32,000 bases of DNA from Candidatus Heimdallarchaeota archaeon (GCA_030149205.1 JASBSB010000006.1:360001-392000); one strand, 5' to 3'; numbered from the stretch's first letter, positions 9,766-17,635 are shown. The notes: generated from the letters alone by a model not told the origin. Numbers and translations are program-made.

Positions 9766-11223
9766 TTACTCCCCTTCCCTTAATTTATCTGAAAGAACCT
9801 TCAATAAACCAGTTTGGTAATTTTTTATGGTTTTGTAATCAGAATGGGAAATAAACCTAAATCGAGCTTCTGTGGTTACAAACTCTATGGAATACTGTTC
9901 AAATATGGTTACGAGATCAATGTACTTTAATGATGAAAGTGGAAATGAATATCCCTTCCTTTTTCCTAATAATGTCCTCATTGTTAACTCCACGTTTGTG
10001 GGCCCTATATTCCAAATTTCACGGAAATACAAATTGTAAATTATATAAAAGCATATACCTATGAAGCTTAGTCCTCCTAGAGTGACGGCAGTTGCAAGTA
10101 TAAAGATAATGTCACTTTCCGATAGACTGCCATCTCTTAATGAATAGGCTGTTGCTAAGAATAAAACTCCCCCTATTATTAATAAAAAGTAAAGAAAATA
10201 CTTTTTAGCTCGATTTCTACTTAATGGAAATCTCTGTGTAAAGCTTGGTTTTAATGATAATGAGGTGGAATCCGTTCTTCTTTTAGTCTTAAAACCTTTT
10301 AATAAAATTGGAGTTTCTGTGTTTTCAGAGCTCCTTATGTCTTTAACCTGATCTTTCAAGCTAGCGGTTTTTGGTTCACCAAACTTATCATCAAAATCTA
10401 AATTCATCATCTTGGCTAATTCCCTTGCTGTTTCATAGTAAGAGAGCATGTATGAATATAACTCTGTTAAATCATGATCCCTAACTTTAAAATCAAATTT
10501 AGAAGAAATGTTTGAAAAGTTAGCGAGAACAAAAGTTGATCCATTTGAATGATAAGAAATGTTTAATTTGAGGTATACATAGGTTTTCAAGATCAAATAA
10601 TCCTGTTTATTTATTTTCAATGGTTTATTATCTAATTTAATTGCCTGATTTAGCCTAAGCTTGTTTTCTTCAAAGAGCAATGGGTATTTAACCAGGTCGA
10701 GTGACCAACCTGATGTAACTTTTAATTTCGGGTTAACTTGCTTCATCGGAAATTCTATAAATTCTGCTTCTATCTTGCTCTCTTGATCCAAAAAAATTCG
10801 ATCACCTAATTTACTATTTTTTGGAAAAATTGATTTTTCCCCCTCTTCTTGAAGAAAAACCAAGATAGAGTATTGACGTGATGCAGAAACTGAATCATTA
10901 TGTTTTACAACAATTTCTCCTTGATACTGTGAATCTCTAACTCTTAGCTTTTGTTCAGAAGGCGAATATGAAACCAACATTCTTTTTGTTTGATAAACAA
11001 CTAAGGTCATTAAATATAGATACAAAATAAGTAGGATACTGAAGATTTCTATAATGATTGCAATTAAAGATTGAAGATAAACTAACAAAAAGAAAATTGT
11101 TAAACAGACAAATGTAAAAACTATAAAACTAAGCGTGGCCCTCTGTCTCCACTCCAATAAACTAGTTTGAAATTGGAATACAGTAAATTCTCCAGTTTGC
11201 AGTTTTTCAATTTTTAACCCCAT
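9766..11223 (-). CDS. Hypothetical membrane protein
   Basis: 485 aa ORF with a TM pair near residues 30-75 and a second near 345-400; no recognisable catalytic motif. Confidence 0.7.
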   Translation of the reverse strand: MGLKIEKLQTGEFTVFQFQTSLLEWRQRATLSFIVFTFVCLTIFFLLVYLQSLIAIIIEIFSILLILYLYLMTLVVYQTKRMLVSYSPSEQKLRVRDSQYQGEIVVKHNDSVSASRQYSILVFLQEEGEKSIFPKNSKLGDRIFLDQESKIEAEFIEFPMKQVNPKLKVTSGWSLDLVKYPLLFEENKLRLNQAIKLDNKPLKINKQDYLILKTYVYLKLNISYHSNGSTFVLANFSNISSKFDFKVRDHDLTELYSYMLSYYETARELAKMMNLDFDDKFGEPKTASLKDQVKDIRSSENTETPILLKGFKTKRRTDSTSLSLKPSFTQRFPLSRNRAKKYFLYFLLIIGGVLFLATAYSLRDGSLSESDIIFILATAVTLGGLSFIGICFYIIYNLYFREIWNIGPTNVELTMRTLLGKRKGYSFPLSSLKYIDLVTIFEQYSIEFVTTEARFRFISHSDYKTIKNYQTGLLKVLSDKLREGE

Positions 11224-11411
11224 GGTAAATTAGTTCTTTTTTTATCCAATTTAAGTTATTCTCAGGGAAAAGAGTAAGATGAGCATTTTAAAGGGTAGCA
11301 AGGATTCTGAATCTGGTTACTCGTTTTCATTTCTTTGTAAGGATTAATTCTGTACCTCAAGAAAGAGATAGTATTAGAGATAGTTGTTATAGATTTTACT
11401 TTTTAATGATT

Positions 11412-11954
11412 TTAGTTTCGAATTTTTCTTAACACAGGAATTGCTACCAATAAAGCTGTAAACCCTAGTAACATTGTTGAGAATTCAAATCCGGGTGAAG
11501 AGCTGTTTGTTGGAGTCCCTAAAATGAAATCACCGACCATACCAGCTGCTCTGTGTCCTGGAACCTCACAAAAGAATGGAACCTTCATGTCTAAATTTGG
11601 CATCTGCCAAGTGTGGTTAACTGTCATTGCTGACGGTGTATCCATGTGGATTAGTTCAATGGTTTGTACGGTACCATTTGATAAGGTCGTATTGCATTTT
11701 ACAGTAAAATCATGTTGTACATTGTCAGGATTTTTAAAGAATACCTGTAAACAGGCTCCTTTTGCTACCTCGATCTTTGAAACATTGAATTTCAGTTGAC
11801 CACTGACTACTCCTACATGAAGAGTCTGTGTTGGGTTTGCACATCCATTTGTTGGAAATTCTGCATTATGAACAGCTGTGACATTGGAGTTATTCAGACT
11901 TAAAAAGCTAAATAAAAACAGTGTTACAAGCATGATTGAAAGTTTTCTTCTCAT
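11412..11954 (-). CDS. Exported cupredoxin (type-1 blue copper protein) with PGF-CTERM-like anchor
   Basis: Signal peptide; His in 'VQHDF'; 'FFCEVPGHRAAGMVG' gives the C-x2-P-G-H-x4-M copper ligands; C-terminal SSSPGFE + TM helix + RKIRN. Confidence 0.88.
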   Translation of the reverse strand: MRRKLSIMLVTLFLFSFLSLNNSNVTAVHNAEFPTNGCANPTQTLHVGVVSGQLKFNVSKIEVAKGACLQVFFKNPDNVQHDFTVKCNTTLSNGTVQTIELIHMDTPSAMTVNHTWQMPNLDMKVPFFCEVPGHRAAGMVGDFILGTPTNSSSPGFEFSTMLLGFTALLVAIPVLRKIRN

Positions 11955-11998
11955 ATTTATTCACCTAAAAATTAAGGTTATTGTTGAACTTATTTTTA

Positions 11999-12012
11999 AG
12001 CTTGTCCCAAAA
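11999..12012 (+). repeat. IS terminal inverted repeat (downstream end of transposase)
   Basis: AGCTTGTCCCAAAA, reverse complement of 13065-13078. Confidence 0.88.
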
Positions 12013-12017
12013 TTAGA

Positions 12018-12942
12018 TCACACTGGAATCACCCTCTGAGCTCGGATTCTGTGGTTGTACCAGACCACAGAGCACAACAGGCTCTTCCGCTTGTTCTGAG
12101 GCTTGTGATCTCGCAGGAGGCGTGGTCGCTGCTTCAGCTGACCAAACACATGCTCGACCTCTGCCCGGAGGTAGACCCGACAGTTCTTCGTATAGATCCC
12201 CCGATGCTGGCTTTGCAGCCGAACCAATCGATCCATGGGGCTGGAGGTCCCATGATCCCTGGAGTTTGATTTCTTGGGGATCACCGCCTGAAGTGTCTCC
12301 TGAGCCAACAGCCCGATGATGCTCTCACTCCAGTAGGCCCTGTCAGCATGAACACGCCTCAGAGGAGGGATCAGACGCCGATACAGCCCCTCCCAGAGCC
12401 TGCCAAAGGCAGCAGCATCATGCTCGGGGGCGCTGGAGGTGCAGACACCGACGACAGCCCTGCTTGGCAGCCCGACCGCCAGGTGGAGCTTGACAAAGAT
12501 GGGGGAGCTCTTGCTGAGGGTCTGCCTCCCCCACTTGAGCAGCCTCCAGAAGCTCCCCTCTGTCAGCTCAAAGCCTGAGCTGTCTATCGCCACATCTGTT
12601 GTGTGTTGAGAGCAGGCAAAGCCCAGCTGCTTGATCAGGCTCTCCAGATTCGCCTGCGAGACCTCATCCCACGCCCTGTGAAAGGTGGACTTGCTGGGGA
12701 TGTGTCTCAGGTACCCCGCTTCGATCAAGAAATCACAGAGCCTAAGCTTGGGGGGAAGGTCCCTCCAAACAATCTGATCCTGCAAAGATACAGATGGCGA
12801 CCAGCACCCATCTGAGCCCCACCCGAGGCCTGCCTAGTTTTGAGGCTCTTTTTGCGTCTGGGAACTTGGGACGAAGGAAATCTTGATTTAAGATGAGAAA
12901 TTCGGACAGTACATGGAGGTTAATGACCTGTGTTTGTGGCAC
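12018..12942 (-). pseudogene. DDE transposase split by a frameshift (ORFs 12742-12942 and 12018-12785)
   Basis: Catalytic D (VAIDSSG), D (HADRAY), and R-x3-E-x6-K (RAEVEHVFGQLK); 'VKLHLAV'. The N-terminal ORF (GTG start) is in a different frame and needs a +1 shift near 12770-12790. Confidence 0.8.
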
Positions 12943-13064
12943 TAGTCAGTTCTGACCCTCTACTATATATCTAGTTCGATTCTAGCCTAATCTCAGGCGA
13001 GGTTCTCTCTCATCTGAAAATCTTTAATCCATTGAGCCTGAGGGCTCAATGCTTGTCCCAGGAG

Positions 13065-13078
13065 TTTTGGGACAAGCT
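13065..13078 (-). repeat. IS terminal inverted repeat (upstream end of transposase)
   Basis: TTTTGGGACAAGCT, reverse complement of 11999-12012. Confidence 0.88.
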
Positions 13079-13508
13079 TACCCCATATTATTAATAAGTT
13101 AAGCTTTTAGCAAACCTTAGCTGTACAAATCATAGTTTATCAGAATAAATCGTAAATATTCTAAGATAAATATTGAAAATTCTGTTAGAATAATTAATGG
13201 ATTATATAAAATTGCATTAATTAGCAATAAATTTCATTCATAAAGACTATATAACCACCTAAACCATAAATTATGAATAAGGGCCTCCCTGTTTACTATA
13301 ATCACTCATAAGGTCAACAGAAACATCATAAGATGTTGAGGATGTTTGGTTGAATTTTTTCACCCAATCTGAGACTGTGAAATTTTTAAATGTAGCAGAA
13401 AATGTAAAACTGCCAATTAAATTTATACTGTGTAAAGTATCAATATTTTAAGTGAAATTGAGCATCTGAAGAATGAATAACATTCTATTCTCCGAAATAG
13501 ACTAGAAA

Positions 13509-14402
13509 TTAAAATCCATCAAAAGATGGAAGACTGGGTTTAAGCTCTTTTATATCCTTTACATCCTGTTCAGGTTTTAGAGGACCCTCCTGTACAAATA
13601 GTTCATTGAACAGTCTCTCGCTTGCTGTTTTGTATTGACGCTGACCAATGGTTTTTAGTGACACTTTCGCCAGTTCTTTTAGTACTCGTATATTCATAAG
13701 TATGGAATATTTATCAGCTAGTTTTTGGGTGATCATATCTTCAATCTCTTCGGTCTCAAGCTTCTTCTTTTTATCAGGGATATGGGCCTGGACAACTTCA
13801 GCTTCTTTGATTAGATTTTCTGTTACTATGTCTCCAACACGGGTTCTAAACTCACTTAGGGTCTCACCAATTGATAAAGCATACATAATTGAAGCTCCTT
13901 CTTTGTCTGTAATTGGCCCCATTATCTCTAAATTTTTCACCTTATTTGAGAATTCTTCGAGGAGGGTTGGAAAGTCCAGATCAAGGTCTTCTGCAAAATT
14001 TGATAAACAGTCCACATAGTTTCCTGTCAACCACTCTTCTGAGCCTTCTTTTAAAACTTCAACAACCTCATCTAAAATAGCCTGGGCTCCTAAAATCTTA
14101 AATTCAACCTTACCGATACGATCTGTGATGTAGTTGTCACCACGATAAAATTGTTGATACAAAAGGTCTTTAATGATATCTTCAAGCTCATCTAGAGTTA
14201 GAAACCTTTCACCAAGCTGTCCAGATTTCTGATTTAGATATTTGATATTTTTCTCAGTTTCGCGAGCTTTTTCTGCGATAAGAAAATGTCCTCTAATTCG
14301 AAAATTCATTTTGTCCTTTGGTTGGATATTTAACCGCTTTCTATATTTAGCAGGAACAACGATTTGACCCTTGTTACTTACTTTATGACCTTCTGACACC
14401 AT
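13509..14402 (-). CDS. AbrB/MazE/SpoVT-family DNA-binding domain fused to an unknown ~245-aa acidic domain
   Basis: N-terminal 'KVSNKGQIVVPAKYRKRLNIQPKDKMNF' is a typical swapped-hairpin signature; remainder not recognised. Confidence 0.78.
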   Translation of the reverse strand: MVSEGHKVSNKGQIVVPAKYRKRLNIQPKDKMNFRIRGHFLIAEKARETEKNIKYLNQKSGQLGERFLTLDELEDIIKDLLYQQFYRGDNYITDRIGKVEFKILGAQAILDEVVEVLKEGSEEWLTGNYVDCLSNFAEDLDLDFPTLLEEFSNKVKNLEIMGPITDKEGASIMYALSIGETLSEFRTRVGDIVTENLIKEAEVVQAHIPDKKKKLETEEIEDMITQKLADKYSILMNIRVLKELAKVSLKTIGQRQYKTASERLFNELFVQEGPLKPEQDVKDIKELKPSLPSFDGF

Positions 14403-14845
14403 TTGTTATATTAAATTTGACATCAATGAATATAAGGTAATCGGATTCTCTTTAGGAGATAAAGAAATGTTGAACCTTTTTTGCACAATTGTCTAATTTG
14501 GAGAATTAGCCATCGTAAATACAGAATTTTTGAGGCGTTGAACCGCTTGAAAAGTTGAACCCATCCAATATAGTAGACAAGAATTTACTTAAATTTAGTA
14601 GAACAGTATATAATTCCTAAGAGAGATTTATCTTGTACTAATCTAATATTTTGAATTCCATCTATCAGATGGGAAAAGAAGGTGATAAAAAGTAGATTCA
14701 ACTATCGGTGAAGACAGTCAAAATACAAACTGAGATTCAGAAGGAAATGTAATTAAGGTCTCAGAAATTCCTTACAACTGTTAGAGAAACAATCAAACTT
14801 TTTTTATTCTTACATAAATTACTAAGAATACCTACTAAGGTATTT

Positions 14846-14930
14846 GCTTTCGTAGCTCAGCTGGTAGAGCGGTTGACTTGTAAGTTTCAAAGAAATCAAC
14901 AGGTCGTGGGTTCGAGTCCCGCCGGAAGCT
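14846..14930 (+). tRNA. tRNA-Thr(UGU) with a 12-nt intron at position 37/38 (14883-14894)
   Basis: Acceptor GCTTTCG/CGGAAGC with U73; D arm GCTC/GAGC; anticodon stem GTTGA/TCAAC with CT-TGT-A; T arm GTGGG-TTCGAGT-CCCGC. Intron AGTTTCAAAGAA; CCA not encoded. Confidence 0.95.
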
Positions 14931-15003
14931 TTTCCATTCTTAAAAAAAAATTTGATGATAGCTTTTTCTTTATAGATCTGCAGGAGAATTAGACCCTGTA
15001 AAA

Positions 15004-15912
15004 TCAGATTGTGTTTAATATCATTCTTGGTTTGGTAGATGTTATTTCTTCTATGTCTTCAGCTACGCATTTGAGGAGTTCATAATCATGTGATGCTATG
15101 ATGCTATGCCCCTTCTTAAACTGATTAATCGGCAATTCATCCACATCTGAGCCCGAAAGTACCATAACATATCCTCCCATCTGTTCAATTAAAATTTTAG
15201 CTGCTGCAAAATCGTGAACTTTTACAACATTTCTTAGGTCAACAAAGAGTTGAACTTGTTTTGAAGCAACCATAGCTAACTCCCAAGCCACACTCCCTTT
15301 AGATTCTAATGAAAACTGTCCAGAAAATGATTTAAAGTATTCTTTGACCTTGGGGTTATAACTATAAAGGTGAATCTTGTTTTTTCTGGTCAGTCTGAGT
15401 TTTCTGCCTTTATAGATTTTGAGTGGTTTATCATTCATCTTTACTGGGTTGTAACCATCAGTTGATAGCATTTTCGGTGAATATAGATCAAGAAGAATCG
15501 CACTGTCAAGGTCACCCATTTTTGGATTTCTACGCAAGGGGCCATATGCTAATGATATACACCCAATCTGTATACCCTTGCTAAAGTTATTAGAACCATC
15601 CAAAGGGTCAAGCAACATTGCTACAGAATCTTCAGAGTAAACGTCACCGATTTTCTTTACTCCAGATTCTTCTGAGAATAAAATTCCGTTCACCCCATTA
15701 TCTGAAATATAATCTATGAAAGATTGCTCTGCAACAAGATCAGCACGAATCTGCTGTTGTCCGGCAGCATTAATGGATTCTTCGTGCTCTTTAAGTGAAA
15801 CATCACCATTTACAATAGATTTTTTTGATTCTATAACAGCATCAATCAAAATTTGATGAATTGAGTCAAACCGCTCTTGTAAATTATTTGCAAATTTTGA
15901 AAGTGCGACCAT
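15004..15912 (-). CDS. Inositol monophosphatase / FBPase (FIG superfamily)
   Basis: ADLVAE, SEESG, DPLDGSNNF, 'HDFAAAKILIEQMGG' motifs. Confidence 0.88.
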   Translation of the reverse strand: MVALSKFANNLQERFDSIHQILIDAVIESKKSIVNGDVSLKEHEESINAAGQQQIRADLVAEQSFIDYISDNGVNGILFSEESGVKKIGDVYSEDSVAMLLDPLDGSNNFSKGIQIGCISLAYGPLRRNPKMGDLDSAILLDLYSPKMLSTDGYNPVKMNDKPLKIYKGRKLRLTRKNKIHLYSYNPKVKEYFKSFSGQFSLESKGSVAWELAMVASKQVQLFVDLRNVVKVHDFAAAKILIEQMGGYVMVLSGSDVDELPINQFKKGHSIIASHDYELLKCVAEDIEEITSTKPRMILNTI

Positions 15913-16135
15913 GTCCTGCCCTACCTAACGCTACATATTTTTTTGCTATATAATAGTTTATAATCACTTTGGAAAAAAGCACAAATTTTGTTTAGGTTCT
16001 AAATTTATAATCTACTATTGTTAACACAATAAATAATTCATTTGATCTTAGGCTGTTTTCCACGCCTTGTATTACCATTCTTAAAGATATTCTATTATGG
16101 TGGGAGCTTACAATTGAAAACAGTGGTGTCAAGAA

Positions 16136-17386
16136 TTAAGACACCACATCCAGCTTCCGTTGCATTTCAATGTAAAGACCCCGTATTGTCTTACCTGAAA
16201 CCATGGAAGTGCCATTCTGATTCCATTCAACTTGGTCGACCTCGCTGTTTTCATAAATAAAGCTTAGCAGACTTGGACTAACTTCTTCAAAAGTAAAATT
16301 AATAATGTCTTTTTGCAGTATTTTCGAGAGAGTGGATTTAAAAGCTGAAATTAGGGATTCAGGATCCTTCATTGTTACACTAATCACTTCTCTTGGAGGT
16401 ATCTTTTCGTCATTTTGAATATTTTGTATCCTTGACTCTATGGTTTCAGGGGAAGTAAGGTCGGATTTGCTAAGAACTATAATGAGACGAGGATCAGCCT
16501 GATTTCTGTTAATAAATTCTTGAATAGTTTTTTTAAGGTAATCAAAGTGTATCTTCCAAGCTTGGTCATCTAGACTAACATCAATCATTACTATTAGAAT
16601 TTTCGAGTTATAAATAGGATCAAGAAGTTGATTAAAGGCATTCAAGACAGTTGTAGGTAGGTCTACCAGACCCACTGTATCAACAAAGTCTACTGGAAAT
16701 CCTAATATTTTAGACCGGGATTGTTTGATAAACATTGTAGTGAATGCTTTTATATCTGTTTCCTGAGTCTCATTTCCAACCAAAATATTAAACAAAGTCG
16801 ACTTCCCTGCAGAATAAAAACCGATGATGGGGATTTTAGGAATACTATCGTCACCAGTTGTTGGTTGAGAACGGTTCTGAAGCTTTTTGCTTATTTGGCT
16901 TGATCGTTTCCTTATATCCGCACTCATTATATCCTTAAGTTGCTCTCCAATACCCCCAGACCTTGCCTGTTTCTCTCGAATGACCCCCTGCCTTAACCCC
17001 CGAGTAATTCGTGGCCTTGAGTATTGAATCTGTGCGAGCTCAATCTGAAGCTGTACCTCTTTTGAACTGGCTTTATTCTCAAATATTTCAAGGACTAGCA
17101 TAATTTTATCAAGAATTTCTTTATCAAATGTTTTCTCCAAAAATGCATACTGATAAGGTGTGACACCCTGATTAAGGAGGACATAATTGTAATTCATATC
17201 CTCCGTTTCTTCCAACACATCTTGAATTTTTGAATGTGATAGGAAGGTCTCAGGATAATATTTTTGAGTGATAACTTTCTTGTGGTAAACAATTTCATAG
17301 CCTCCTGCATGAGCTAGATCAATTATTTCATTTGTTTCCAAAGAAGGATGGCTATAATAAGAAAGGAGAATTGCAGTCTTCTGCAT
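16136..17386 (-). CDS. hflX: HflX-family ribosome-associated GTPase
   Basis: 'LDKIMLVLEIFENKA.SKEVQLQIELAQIQY', RSGGIGEQ, G1 GFYSAGKS, G3 DTVG, G4-like SKSD. Confidence 0.87.
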   Translation of the reverse strand: MQKTAILLSYYSHPSLETNEIIDLAHAGGYEIVYHKKVITQKYYPETFLSHSKIQDVLEETEDMNYNYVLLNQGVTPYQYAFLEKTFDKEILDKIMLVLEIFENKASSKEVQLQIELAQIQYSRPRITRGLRQGVIREKQARSGGIGEQLKDIMSADIRKRSSQISKKLQNRSQPTTGDDSIPKIPIIGFYSAGKSTLFNILVGNETQETDIKAFTTMFIKQSRSKILGFPVDFVDTVGLVDLPTTVLNAFNQLLDPIYNSKILIVMIDVSLDDQAWKIHFDYLKKTIQEFINRNQADPRLIIVLSKSDLTSPETIESRIQNIQNDEKIPPREVISVTMKDPESLISAFKSTLSKILQKDIINFTFEEVSPSLLSFIYENSEVDQVEWNQNGTSMVSGKTIRGLYIEMQRKLDVVS

Positions 17387-17443
17387 TCAAATAATAATTT
17401 TGTGGAGGACTAAAAGAATTGTTGTGTATTGCACCTTAATTCT

Positions 17444-17579
17444 TCAAATCCAGGTTCGGGATGTTGCTGGGTGGAGCACCTGCTCTATGACCGTGATCAA
17501 GTCACAGCGTGACGCCTTTCCCATACGCTCGCGCAGAATAGTACAGGGCTTTCCGAGGCAGGGCTTAACTTTCTGGTAA
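17444..17579 (-). other. Bulge-helix-bulge processing motif formed by the two ends of the permuted 5S gene
   Basis: Leader UUA-CCAG-[AAA]-GUU (17579-17567) pairs with trailer AAC-CUGG-[AUU]-UGA (17456-17444): 3 bp / 3-nt bulge / 4 bp / 3-nt bulge / 3 bp. Confidence 0.85.
17448..17570 (-). rRNA. rrf: 5S rRNA gene, circularly permuted (3' half 17570-17502, linker CUUGA 17501-17497, 5' half 17496-17448)
   Basis: Minus strand: AGUUAAG-CCCUGCCUC-G-GAAAGCCCUGUAC-UAUUCUGC-GCGA-GCGUAUG-GGAAAGGCGUCAC-GCUGUGA-[CUUGA]-UCACGGU-CAUA-GAGCAGGU-GCUC-CACCCAG-CAACAUCCCGAAC-CUGG-AU. All five 5S helices, the 13-nt loop C, the loop E GUA/GAA motif, the helix IV bulged U and the GCGA tetraloop can be built. Confidence 0.92.
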
Positions 17580-17635
17580 GTTATTAAGCACCAATGAACT
17601 CGTAAGTTCGTTATAACATCCCAAGAAAGTTTCTC

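Larger units (their letters stand above)
11999..13078 (-). mobile_element. IS4/IS5-superfamily insertion sequence, 1080 bp, with 14-bp terminal inverted repeats and TA target duplication
   Basis: AGCTTGTCCCAAAA (11999-12012) and TTTTGGGACAAGCT (13065-13078) are perfect inverted repeats, with TA on both sides (11997-98, 13079-80). DDE transposase inside; GC about 58% in a counted 60-nt line versus about 35% in a host line. Confidence 0.88.

Noticed and set aside
12051-12815. Plus-strand ORFs inside the IS (12051-12269, 12122-12319, 12348-12578, 12603-12815)
   Set aside because: Antisense shadows of a GC-rich transposase gene; no recognisable motifs.
12742-12835. Programmed -1 frameshift in the transposase
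   Set aside because: The needed shift is +1 and no slippery heptamer is present in the overlap.
13270-13460. About 60-codon open frame on the minus strand between the IS and the AbrB gene (NLIGSFTFSATF...GGPYS)
   Set aside because: No ATG/GTG/TTG start after the upstream stop and no recognisable motif; at most a remnant.
14846-15000. tRNA-Thr as attachment site of an integrated element
   Set aside because: No duplicated tRNA 3' end and no integrase seen in the window; the downstream gene is a housekeeping IMPase.
17448-17570. Two separate broken 5S pseudogene fragments or tandem partial copies
   Set aside because: The halves are non-redundant, complementary across all helices, joined by a clean hairpin and bounded by a strict BHB. 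That is not expected for random decay, although read-level confirmation is still needed.
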